This document shows, piece after piece, positions 48,580 through 57,464 of a stretch of 64,000 bases of DNA. The position numbers and the translations under genes were made by a program. The DNA comes from Candidatus Bathyarchaeota archaeon (lineage in GTDB: Archaea > Thermoproteota > Bathyarchaeia > Bathyarchaeales > Bathycorpusculaceae): NCBI GenBank assembly GCA_963811105.1, contig CAWEPZ010000011.1, positions 1,216,001-1,280,000 of the forward strand, read 5' to 3'. Position 1 is the stretch's first letter, and every line of letters starts with the position of its first letter. A model generated the notes under the pieces. It did not search any database and was not told where the DNA came from. It worked only from the letters and a program-made list of their open reading frames with translations.

Positions 48580-49563
48580 TTATGCTATTGTCGTACCGCA
48601 TTCTGGGCAGAACTTGGAGCCTGCAGGAATATCGTGACCGCATTTCGGACATTTTATGGTTGCTGCCGAGGGTGGAGTAAGTGAGGTTCCGCATTCAGGA
48701 CAGAATTTTGATGTAGCTGGAACATGTGCGCCGCATTTCGGACATATTACTAGTGCGGCTGTGGGGGCTTGTGCCTGAACCTGACCTTGCTGATTCATAA
48801 TTTGAGGTATCAGCACCATTCCTGTGCCTAAACCTGCACCGCCACCGCCTGATTGGCCAAGTGAGGCGGCTGCGCTCTTAACTGTTTCCATGCGTAGAAC
48901 TGTGTCAGCTGGAGTTCCTCCAGTTTTGAGCCAAAAGAGTCTTTCTCGGTATTCTGGTGTTGTGTCGATGCCTTCGAATCGCAGGTCAGTTAGTTCGATG
49001 CCTAAGCGTTTGAAGTAGTCTAGGACTGAATTCTTAACGATAATCGATGTTTCTTGGAGACGTGTGAAGACAGTTACCAGGTCATAGTGGGAGAGTTCTG
49101 CAATTATTTTTTCGTTTAGGAAGCCTCGAAGGAAGTTGTTTACATCTTCCGTTGTAAAGGCGTTTTGTCCACCGACAACTTCGTTAACGAATAATGTTGC
49201 GTCTTCGATTTTGAATAGGAATTGCCCGAACACTTGAAGTGGAGCTAACTCTGTTGTTTGTGCCCTTGTGCCCCATTTGCCGTTGAAAACTTTGGTGCTG
49301 ATGAATAGAACCGCTGCTTTAAACGGTTTGTTGCCGCCAAATCCTGCTATGCGTGTCAGCAAACTGGTAAGTAATGGCAAATTCAATGTTGTCAGTGTAT
49401 GCCTGCCAGCTCCAAAAACATCATAGGCTTTTCCATCTCGGAAGAACACCGCCATTTCGTATTCATGTACGATTAATTGTGCGCCCCATGTGATGTCTTC
49501 GTTAGGGTACTTGTAGATTATTGCATCTGGACCTGCATTAGTCCATTCTATTACTTGTGGCAT
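48580..49563 (-). CDS. SPFH (Band 7, YdjI-like) protein with C-terminal double zinc ribbons
   Basis: GAQLIVHEYEMAVFFRDGK, G.HTL.T.NLP, KWGT; GAGLGTGM linker; two CPKCG...FCPECG units. Confidence 0.85.
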   Translation of the reverse strand: MPQVIEWTNAGPDAIIYKYPNEDITWGAQLIVHEYEMAVFFRDGKAYDVFGAGRHTLTTLNLPLLTSLLTRIAGFGGNKPFKAAVLFISTKVFNGKWGTRAQTTELAPLQVFGQFLFKIEDATLFVNEVVGGQNAFTTEDVNNFLRGFLNEKIIAELSHYDLVTVFTRLQETSIIVKNSVLDYFKRLGIELTDLRFEGIDTTPEYRERLFWLKTGGTPADTVLRMETVKSAAASLGQSGGGGAGLGTGMVLIPQIMNQQGQVQAQAPTAALVICPKCGAHVPATSKFCPECGTSLTPPSAATIKCPKCGHDIPAGSKFCPECGTTIA

Positions 49564-49564
49564 T

Positions 49565-50101
49565 TTAATTCGCTCCTAAGATTACTTCATTACGTTTATC
49601 AAACGTATCTTCCAAACTTTCAAGTTTGTCAGTTACATTTTGAACCCTCGTTTTTAGGTCTGCAGTATTCCCAGTCGATAGGTCTGCTTTAAAGGAGTCG
49701 ATTTCAGTAGCCAATGCATTGATGCCTTCAAGAAGCTTATTGTCGAAATCTATCATGTTGTCAAGGTTTTCCTCTTTAACTTTGACAGCATCAAAAAAGC
49801 CGCTGTAACCATAAGAAGCATGATTAACTTTCTCAACTACGCGATCCATCTTTGCTAATAGACGATCCATATCAACCATAACGTCGAAGTAACGACGGTC
49901 AGCCAACTTTTGTGAGATTTCTCTAAGATCATTTTTGGCCGTGGACAATTGAAAGGTCAGATGATTTCTGACTAATCTGTCACTTTCACGACGAATTTCT
50001 TTCTCTTTGTAGCCGCGAAAACCTGGAACAAAAGCGGCTATGCGCTCAGAAAGGCGCATTTGACCTTTTACGTCTGAATATACATCGCTTTTCTCACTCA
50101 T
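49565..50101 (-). CDS. Conserved all-helical hypothetical protein
   Basis: PGFRGYKEKE.RRESD..VR and A.YGYSGFFD motifs; helical periodicity; 1-bp gap to SPFH gene. Confidence 0.7.
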   Translation of the reverse strand: MSEKSDVYSDVKGQMRLSERIAAFVPGFRGYKEKEIRRESDRLVRNHLTFQLSTAKNDLREISQKLADRRYFDVMVDMDRLLAKMDRVVEKVNHASYGYSGFFDAVKVKEENLDNMIDFDNKLLEGINALATEIDSFKADLSTGNTADLKTRVQNVTDKLESLEDTFDKRNEVILGAN

Positions 50102-50176
50102 TTTACATATCCGCCTTTTTTTAATATTCGTTGTAAATAAGGAGTCGCTTTTAAAGTTTTTCAGAGCAAAACATAC

Positions 50177-50923
50177 TTAGAATCTTGAAGCAGGTATGTC
50201 GCCTTTTAAAGCTGTTCCAGCGGTTCCTTCAATTAATAACTGGTAATCTTTACCTTTGTAGTCGTATTTTATGAACCAGACAGGGGCATGCAGATAAACA
50301 ATTTGTTTGAGGGTAACTTCCGTGTTTATTTCAACTATTCTATCTACATCTTGTTCAAGAAGGAAACGGTGGTGATCCTCGATTCCTTGCTTAGCAATGT
50401 TTAGGGCATCTTCACGGTCTATTTCGCTGTTTAAGAGCTTTGCAAAGCCTTCGATTTTGCGAAAGTCAAAAGGGATTTTTCCTTCTAATGGAATGTCGTA
50501 TTCATGTGTGGGGAAGTCTGAAGCTTCCCGTGCCAAAACTAGCCAATCATATTCCTTGGAGATTGTGCCTTCCTTAACTATGGCGGGAGCTATGCGTTCA
50601 AATATCCCTTTGTAAGTGCTCTTAGCCTCTGCAGAAACCACCCAGAAGGGTAAATAAACCAATTCTTTTGAATCGATCTTTGATTTCTTAGCCAGATCGC
50701 CTGGTTTTAAAAAGCCGCCACTCATCCAAGAATGAATCCGATCATCTATACTTTTCTCGTCAAACTTGTTAAGAATAAGCGAATGCTCAAATGTGAATGT
50801 TTGACCAGTTTCGATAACGGTTGTAAATCCACAGTATTTGCATGTAGCAATTATCTCTCCTGGTTTAAACTCGACTGGAGCGCCGCAGTGGCTACAACGG
50901 ATTTCTTGGGCTACCGCATTCAT
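50177..50923 (-). CDS. Zinc-ribbon protein, YdjG-like
   Basis: CSHCGAP...CKYCG; YLPFW and HAPVW..Y.Y.GK.Y motifs. Confidence 0.7.
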   Translation of the reverse strand: MNAVAQEIRCSHCGAPVEFKPGEIIATCKYCGFTTVIETGQTFTFEHSLILNKFDEKSIDDRIHSWMSGGFLKPGDLAKKSKIDSKELVYLPFWVVSAEAKSTYKGIFERIAPAIVKEGTISKEYDWLVLAREASDFPTHEYDIPLEGKIPFDFRKIEGFAKLLNSEIDREDALNIAKQGIEDHHRFLLEQDVDRIVEINTEVTLKQIVYLHAPVWFIKYDYKGKDYQLLIEGTAGTALKGDIPASRF

Positions 50924-50925
50924 GG

Positions 50926-52308
50926 TTAAAGCCTCAAATGTTCACGTTTCAAGATTTCTCTTGCAACGATTACTCCTGATGCTGAAGCTTGAATTAAGCC
51001 TCGTGTTACGCCTGCGCCATCGCCGATGGTGAACATATTTTGGATTTTGGTTTCCAATGTATTGGTTAGTTGGAGGTGGGATGAATAGAACTTGACTTCA
51101 ACGCCGTACAATAGCGTTTCCGGTGAAGCAACGCCAGGCGCGATTTTGTCTAGTGCTTGAAGCATTTCCCGTATGTCAGCCAAGTAGCGGTAGGGTAGAA
51201 CAAAGCTTAAGTCGCCTGGAGTGGCATTTTTCAACGTCGGTGTTACGACGCTGTGAGATAACCGTTCGGGTGTGGACCGACGTCCATGATTTAGGTCGCC
51301 TAAACGCTGAACCATTACGCCTCCACTTAAGAGATTTGAAAGGCGGGCAACATATTTGCCATACGCGATAGGTTCTTTGAATGGCTCAGTAAATGAGGTG
51401 CTGACTAGGATAGCGAAGTTGGTGTTGTTCGTTCTTGTTTCAGCGTGGCTTCCGCCGTTAACAGTTAAGACACCATCGTACGATTCAGTAGTGACTTCGC
51501 CGTATGGGGAAACACAGAAGGTACGAACCATGTCGTCAAAATCGCGTGAGAAATACACCAATTTAGGCTCGTAGAGCGCTTTTGTCAGTTTTTCCATGAC
51601 AGAAGCCAAGAGCTCAACCCTCACGCCGATGTCAACTGGGTTGTTTACAGTTTTTAACCCGCGGATTTGCGCTTCGGTTTGGAGCCATTCTGCCCCGCTT
51701 CTGCCAGGAGCGATTATCACGTATTTAGCGAGGAATTTTTCACCGGTTACGGTTTCGACTCCTTGGATGTTGTGGTTTTCAGCGATTAATCCCTTCACTT
51801 CGGTTTTCGGTAGAAAAGTGATTTTGCCGTTGAGTTCTTTGCGCATTCGCTGGAGGGTTTCAAGACACTTGTCAGTTCCCATGTGTCTTACTTCTTGCTT
51901 GATAAGTTTTAGACCTGCAAGTGATGCTTGGTGTTCAATTTCGTCTATTTCCTTGTTTTCTCCGCCGTAGACTTGTTCGCTTGCGCCGAATTTGAGGTAG
52001 ATACTGTCGACGTATTTTACTAGGTCGTGGAGTTCTTGAGTTGAGATGTACTGGTTTAGCCACCCGCCGACTTCGGTGGACAAAGTTAGTTTGCCGTCAC
52101 TGTAAGCACCTGCGCCGCCCCAGCCAGAGAGAACTGAACAGGGTTCGCAGTGGACACATTCAAAGCCTCGGCTTGAAGGGCATTTGCGTTTGTCAATGTC
52201 TAGCCCGCGATCTAGGATTAAGACGTTAAGATTTGTTTTCTCGGTTAGTTCTAGCGCTGAGAAGATGCCTGCTGGTCCTGCTCCTACAATTATTACATCA
52301 TATTTCAT
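50926..52308 (-). CDS. FAD-dependent oxidoreductase (COG2509-like)
   Basis: GAGPAG, GWGGAGAYSDGKL, H.GTD, VRTFC, GVEVKFYS, GDGAG.TRGL. Confidence 0.85.
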   Translation of the reverse strand: MKYDVIIVGAGPAGIFSALELTEKTNLNVLILDRGLDIDKRKCPSSRGFECVHCEPCSVLSGWGGAGAYSDGKLTLSTEVGGWLNQYISTQELHDLVKYVDSIYLKFGASEQVYGGENKEIDEIEHQASLAGLKLIKQEVRHMGTDKCLETLQRMRKELNGKITFLPKTEVKGLIAENHNIQGVETVTGEKFLAKYVIIAPGRSGAEWLQTEAQIRGLKTVNNPVDIGVRVELLASVMEKLTKALYEPKLVYFSRDFDDMVRTFCVSPYGEVTTESYDGVLTVNGGSHAETRTNNTNFAILVSTSFTEPFKEPIAYGKYVARLSNLLSGGVMVQRLGDLNHGRRSTPERLSHSVVTPTLKNATPGDLSFVLPYRYLADIREMLQALDKIAPGVASPETLLYGVEVKFYSSHLQLTNTLETKIQNMFTIGDGAGVTRGLIQASASGVIVAREILKREHLRL

Positions 52309-52485
52309 GGGCACTCTCTCCGTTGGAACCCAAAAGTAGATGCAATAAGTGGCATATATCTGTTAGTGCGTTTAGGTATAAATGCAGATTCACTGTGCCT
52401 TTTTGCTTTTGTCGCATAGGTGTTTTTAAGATATATCTAAACAACATTTATAATAGAAAAAAATCAGTAATATATGAAGAAAAAG

Positions 52486-52983
52486 ATGACTGACAATTCA
52501 AAAACTGAAAACATTGATGCATTTATTTCTGATTTCTCGCGCTTCTACATACTTACCATACTCTACGAAGGACCAGCTCATGGTTATAGTATAATAAGCA
52601 GGTTTAAAAAAAGAGTCAAGAAAGAAGTAAGCCCCAGCCTAGTTTACCCCTTTCTACAACAGCTTGAGGAGAAAGGTTTAGTTAATCACACAAAAAGGCC
52701 AGTAGGCGAAAAAGAAAGAAACATTTTTGAGTTAACACAATCAGGAAGAGAGTTATGCACTGAACTTTTCAAACGCTTTGCAGAGCTAGTATCAATCGCC
52801 ATAGAACCCAGCCTCTACGTTTGCGCCCACTGCGGATGCAAAGTCTACGAAGGCGGCTACAGAGAAATCATCGATAGCAAGGATACTGCATTCTGCTGCA
52901 TACATTGCGCCGACTCTTATAAACAGTCAAAGAATCTGGCTAAACAATTAAATGCCTCTGAAAAACAAGAAAAGTATAGCTGA
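52486..52983 (+). CDS. PadR-family regulator with C-terminal TRASH-like metal-binding domain
   Basis: HGYSII...SPSLVYPFLQQLEEKG; CAHCGC...FCCIHCA. Confidence 0.85.
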   Translation: MTDNSKTENIDAFISDFSRFYILTILYEGPAHGYSIISRFKKRVKKEVSPSLVYPFLQQLEEKGLVNHTKRPVGEKERNIFELTQSGRELCTELFKRFAELVSIAIEPSLYVCAHCGCKVYEGGYREIIDSKDTAFCCIHCADSYKQSKNLAKQLNASEKQEKYS

Positions 52984-53025
52984 AGTTTTTCTTGAATTAA
53001 TATAAAAAGAGCCTTTTGAAGACCA

Positions 53026-53304
53026 CTAGTCTTTTATCGCTTCTATGAAACTCATAACGTTCCAGAGCTTAACCCGTGTGTAGGCCGGCATATTTGGGTC
53101 TTGCAAAATCTCATCGAGAAGAGAAACAGCATTTGAAGCACGCACCGCCGGTGTAAATTCACCGCTTTGCAATGTGTTTATTGCATCCTTTGCTGAGCGT
53201 CTAATGTTTCTAGGCGTTGTACTGTCTTCAGAAATTTCCGCAAGGACTGTTAACGCTTGCTGAATTTTAGCTTCATATTCTTCGGCTTTTTTCTTTCGAA
53301 CCAT
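53026..53304 (-). CDS. UPF0147 family protein
   Basis: D.TTPRNIRR.A, A..A.SLLDEI..DPNMP...R...W. Confidence 0.85.
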   Translation of the reverse strand: MVRKKKAEEYEAKIQQALTVLAEISEDSTTPRNIRRSAKDAINTLQSGEFTPAVRASNAVSLLDEILQDPNMPAYTRVKLWNVMSFIEAIKD

Positions 53305-53383
53305 AAATATATACGACCTATTGCAGTTTTTTGCAGCAAGCCAGTTATATAAGTAATCATACGTATTTACTTTGGGGTCCTGA

Positions 53384-53749
53384 TTGGAAGAAAAAAAAGA
53401 TAACACTCCTATTAAGCGAATGGCTGATTTGCTAGTGAAAGGCGCTACTTTAACCGACTTGTCCTGTCCAGTTTGTGCTTCTCCATTATTCAGGCTGAAA
53501 GATGGCACATTGTGGTGTGAAAAAGATGAAAGAAAAGTGGTAATAGTTAAAGATGGAGAAACAGAACCGCCAAAACCTTCCGCAAACACATCATACGATA
53601 AGTTAGAATCAACCTTGTTAACGAAAATCCAAGGGCTCGAAAGCAAAATCGAAAAAACTGACGACCCCGAAGAGCTACAAAAGCTAAGCTGCACAATTTC
53701 TCAGTTACTAAATACACTTGAAAAAATAAAACAAACAAAGAAAACCTGA
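53384..53749 (+). CDS. UPF0148 / autoantigen p27-like zinc-ribbon protein
   Basis: MADLL.KGATL...SCPVC.SPLF. Confidence 0.8.
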   Translation: MEEKKDNTPIKRMADLLVKGATLTDLSCPVCASPLFRLKDGTLWCEKDERKVVIVKDGETEPPKPSANTSYDKLESTLLTKIQGLESKIEKTDDPEELQKLSCTISQLLNTLEKIKQTKKT

Positions 53750-53759
53750 GCGAGACTCG

Positions 53760-54269
53760 TTGGTTCAGGGCTTCTATGAAAATTTCCCCTCAAGCATTCA
53801 TTTGCTTGATACCTTTAGTTCGGTTCTCTCAAACAAACTGCTTCAGCAAAAGTTAATTCATATATTTTTTGAGACAAACAGAAATGAATTTAGTTTTGAA
53901 GAAGTCGCTGACCCAACCATACCTGACGCTAAGGTGATTTTTGAGTTCGGATTAGCAGATGGGGTAGGGTTCAATTACATTGATGAGGAAGAAACAAAAA
54001 AAGCATTTAACCTTCTGTCGAAAGAGAATTTGCATACAATAGATTTCTTTTGCTCCATTCGCTACTACAAATACAAAGCAGAAAAAAAGACCCCGCTAAA
54101 ATTTGATTATTATCTTTTCAGAACAGTCTACGCCAAGGATAAATTTGAAATTCAAGTTCATCATGAGAGGGGACCAAGATACATTTCACCCAAAGATTTG
54201 GTGGCATTTATTTTCAATAAGATAAATGAGGATTCAAATAGAAAGATTTTGAAAAAGCCAAACGACTAA
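53760..54269 (+). CDS. Hypothetical protein
   Basis: 169-aa ORF co-oriented with UPF0148 gene. Confidence 0.65.
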   Translation: MVQGFYENFPSSIHLLDTFSSVLSNKLLQQKLIHIFFETNRNEFSFEEVADPTIPDAKVIFEFGLADGVGFNYIDEEETKKAFNLLSKENLHTIDFFCSIRYYKYKAEKKTPLKFDYYLFRTVYAKDKFEIQVHHERGPRYISPKDLVAFIFNKINEDSNRKILKKPND

Positions 54270-54320
54270 TGGCTATGCAACAAAAGTATTTATTTAAACC
54301 TCGCTTGGAGGTGAGCTAAA

Positions 54321-54395
54321 ATGGAACTTTTAGCAGGTTTTCTGACTCAATTGAAGATCTCAGAACTTTATTTAACTTTTGTTGACTTTTGCTGA
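54321..54395 (+). CDS. Candidate 24-aa small ORF (MELLAGFLTQLKISELYLTFVDFC)
   Basis: TTTATTTAAA box, then perfect GGAGGTGA RBS 6 nt before ATG. Confidence 0.35.
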   Translation: MELLAGFLTQLKISELYLTFVDFC

Positions 54396-54420
54396 CTTCT
54401 ATTGACTTTTATTGACTCAA
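54361..54420 (+). repeat. 10-bp periodic tandem array, consensus (A/G)TTGACTTTT
   Basis: cagaacttta tttaactttt gttgactttt gctgacttct attgactttt attgactcaa. Confidence 0.7.
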
Positions 54421-54675
54421 CCTGCAACCACCACAAACCCTAAATCATAAAAGCAACCCAAAACACAAAGAAAAAAGTCTACACCAAAAACCCGTTAATA
54501 ATGTCAAGACAAAAAAATTAATTTAATGCCGCAATGAAGGCGAGATTTCTTATCTATTGAAAGGTCAGCCAAATAATGTGCATCCACCTCATTTTAGAGC
54601 CGAAACTTATATTTCTCTCAACCTAATAAAAGCAAAAGTCACAGCAAAAATAACCCCTAAAAAGGAGTAGATACA

Positions 54676-55647
54676 GTGATTCCAATTGAAGTTTCTTCGT
54701 TAAAAAAGTGCTACGGAAGCTTGAAAGCCGTAGACGGCATTTCATTTACAGTTAATCAAGGCGAAGTTTTCGGTCTTCTAGGACCTAATGGCGCAGGCAA
54801 AACCACAAGCATTGAAATCTTGGAAGGATTGCGGGAGAGAGATGGAGGCGACGTGAAGGTTCTTGGTTTTGACCCATGGAAAAATGGATACGAACTTCAC
54901 AAGAAAATCGGCGTTATACCCCAAGAATTCACTTTCTTTGAAAAAACAACTCCTCGGGAAGCCATAATCTACTACGCTGACCTCTTCAGCATTAAAGTAG
55001 ACCCTGACGAGATCTTAAGAGATGTCCTGCTTGAAGAATCAGCTAAAATCAATTTTGACAGTCTCTCTGGTGGCCAGAAACAAAAAACTGGGCTTGCACT
55101 CTCACTTGTTAATTCCCCAGAGTTACTTTTCCTTGACGAGCCTACAACGGGATTAGACCCCAATGCACGAAGAGCAATCTGGGAAGTCATACGAGGATTA
55201 AAAGCGAAAGGCAAAACAATCATTTTAACAACACATTACCTAGATGAAGCTCAACAATTAGCTGACCGAGTAGCAATCATGGATCATGGTCACATAGTTG
55301 CCATGGGAACATCTGAGGAAATTATCAAAGAACACGGATCAGGCGAAAGATTGGAAATTCACGGAAGCCAAAAGCTAGCAGACTACATCAAAGCAAATAC
55401 AGATTTGCAGGTTGATTACGACGTAGCCCGAGGAGAAATATTAATGCCACTAAGAAAAAAAATTGATGCTTTAGCTGCGTTAGCGGCTGCGGAACAGTCA
55501 GGAATGGACTGGGGAGAAATTCAAACACGCCAAGATAGTTTAGATGACGTTTTTGTTAAGCTTGTCAGCGGACAAGTTAACGAAAAAGGAGAAATCGCAG
55601 GCCAACAAAACGAGGCAACCATTACAAAAAATAAGCAGAGGGCCTAA
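54676..55647 (+). CDS. ABC-2 type exporter ATP-binding protein
   Basis: GPNGAGKT, LSGGQ, FLDEPTTGLD, TTHY. Confidence 0.95.
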   Translation: MIPIEVSSLKKCYGSLKAVDGISFTVNQGEVFGLLGPNGAGKTTSIEILEGLRERDGGDVKVLGFDPWKNGYELHKKIGVIPQEFTFFEKTTPREAIIYYADLFSIKVDPDEILRDVLLEESAKINFDSLSGGQKQKTGLALSLVNSPELLFLDEPTTGLDPNARRAIWEVIRGLKAKGKTIILTTHYLDEAQQLADRVAIMDHGHIVAMGTSEEIIKEHGSGERLEIHGSQKLADYIKANTDLQVDYDVARGEILMPLRKKIDALAALAAAEQSGMDWGEIQTRQDSLDDVFVKLVSGQVNEKGEIAGQQNEATITKNKQRA

Positions 55648-55649
55648 AA

Positions 55650-56759
55650 ATGGTAAGTGGAAAAAGAATTGCTACAGATTTCAAAGTTTTCAGCCGTGGC
55701 TACCTAAGAAATAAATTTGGATTATTCTTCGGATTAATTTTCCCAGTGATTTTGATCTTGATTTTCGGAGCTATCTTTTCCGGAGGTAGCAATGGAACCA
55801 TAAATGTCTACACACAAAACAACGATAATGGACCTATTTCCTCAAACTTTTTGACGGCACTCAACCAATCAAGTACAATCAGAGTTATAACTGTAAATAC
55901 CACTGACTTTTCAAAATATCTAGCTGATCACTCAGCCTCTGATGGCATTATTATTCCCCAAAACTTCTCTGCTGAATACTTAGCGGGTCATCCAGTGAAC
56001 TTGACAGTTTATGGTAATCCAACCTCAAGTTCAAGCGGCATAGTAAGTGGAACGGTGGGCGGATATGCAAACTACTTCAATCTAAACTACTTCCAACAAA
56101 AATACAAAGATACAACGCCACCAATCATAGGAATAGCATCAGCAACCGTTAATACTCAACAAACAAAATACATCGACTTCCTAATCCCAGGCTTAATCGG
56201 CTTTTCAATACTCACCAGCCCAATGTTCTCATTGGTGAACATTTCTTCAGAATACAAAAAGACAAAACTGTTCAAGCAGCTATCACTCACCCCGCTAACA
56301 AAGATGGAGTGGCTAACCTCAAAGGTGCTGTGGTACATCGTTTTAACAATCGCTGGCTTCCTTCTAATGGTTGGTGTCGGAGTCTTTGCTTTCGGTGCAC
56401 ACGTCACGTTAACCGTGGGATTAATACCCTTTCTCGTCTTGGGTCCAATGCTTTTCGCAGCGCTCGGTATGCTTGTTGGTACAGTAACAAAGAATCCTGA
56501 AACCGCAGGCGTAATAGGCAACATAGTTACGTTCCCAATGATGTTCCTTGCTGGCACATTCTTCCCCATTAGCATCATGCCAACCTACCTGCAAAGCATC
56601 GCACATATATTGCCGTTATTCTACATTGTTGAAGGATTAAACAACGTCATGGTCTACGGAAATACCACGGGAGCATTAATTGACCTTGCAGTCGTAGCGG
56701 TCCTAACAGCCATAATCTTCGGGTTAGCAGTTAAACTATTCAAATGGAGAGAAGACTAA
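55650..56759 (+). CDS. ABC-2 type exporter permease
   Basis: TM1, extracellular loop, five further TMs; YIDFLIPG, FL.GTFFP. Confidence 0.9.
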   Translation: MVSGKRIATDFKVFSRGYLRNKFGLFFGLIFPVILILIFGAIFSGGSNGTINVYTQNNDNGPISSNFLTALNQSSTIRVITVNTTDFSKYLADHSASDGIIIPQNFSAEYLAGHPVNLTVYGNPTSSSSGIVSGTVGGYANYFNLNYFQQKYKDTTPPIIGIASATVNTQQTKYIDFLIPGLIGFSILTSPMFSLVNISSEYKKTKLFKQLSLTPLTKMEWLTSKVLWYIVLTIAGFLLMVGVGVFAFGAHVTLTVGLIPFLVLGPMLFAALGMLVGTVTKNPETAGVIGNIVTFPMMFLAGTFFPISIMPTYLQSIAHILPLFYIVEGLNNVMVYGNTTGALIDLAVVAVLTAIIFGLAVKLFKWRED

Positions 56760-56783
56760 ACTCCATTTCCCCTTTAGTTTCTC

Positions 56784-57389
56784 TTATTGAAAACTAATAG
56801 ATTTTAACAAACTTAACACTTTTGAATACAAAGCTTCAGCGACTTCATTCTTGGGTTTATCGCCATCAATAAGAACAAGCTCGCCTTTCTCAACGTACTT
56901 CATATACACTTCTCTCACTTTCTGCTGAGTTTCCAAAGTTTCCATCACAGACTTCTGTCGCCGCAAACGCCCCAGCACCCGCTCTGGCGATACATCGATA
57001 AATATAGCGAAATCTGGCTCAAAGGCACGAGCATTGATAGTTTTAATCCAATCCACGCTAAGACCAGCGCTACCCTGATAAGCTAAAGACGAGTAAACGT
57101 AGCGATCACATATAACCAACTTTCCTTCATCCAAAGCAGGCAATATTTCATTTTTCATATGCTCAATACGATCAGCAGCGAAAAGCAAAGCTTCAGCTTC
57201 AGTTGGAAGACGTTTTTCTTCATATAGACAGCCTTCACGGATGAAAGTACCTATTTTGCCGTGGCTTGGTTCAGCAGTACACAACACAGAATAAGTTCTA
57301 GAAAGCTTGTTGGCAAGCAAATTTGCTTGTGTGGTTTTTCCGCTTCCATCCAAACCTTCGATAACGATGAAAATGCCTTTCTTACTCAT
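56784..57389 (-). CDS. tmk: Thymidylate kinase
   Basis: EGLDGSGKTT, LFAADR, DRY.YSS.AYQ. Confidence 0.95.
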   Translation of the reverse strand: MSKKGIFIVIEGLDGSGKTTQANLLANKLSRTYSVLCTAEPSHGKIGTFIREGCLYEEKRLPTEAEALLFAADRIEHMKNEILPALDEGKLVICDRYVYSSLAYQGSAGLSVDWIKTINARAFEPDFAIFIDVSPERVLGRLRRQKSVMETLETQQKVREVYMKYVEKGELVLIDGDKPKNEVAEALYSKVLSLLKSISFQ

Positions 57390-57464
57390 TTTTTGACCTG
57401 GCTGGTTAGCGTTAGACATTATAGGGAGATACATAAATATAACTTGCAACTGCGAGGCTCGTTT

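Noticed and set aside
53305-53694. N-terminal extension of the 222-aa ORF
   Set aside because: Antisense to the UPF0148 gene; the real UPF0147 gene starts at 53304
54361-54420. Replication origin iterons
   Set aside because: No ORB-like G-string motif and no cdc6/orc1 gene nearby
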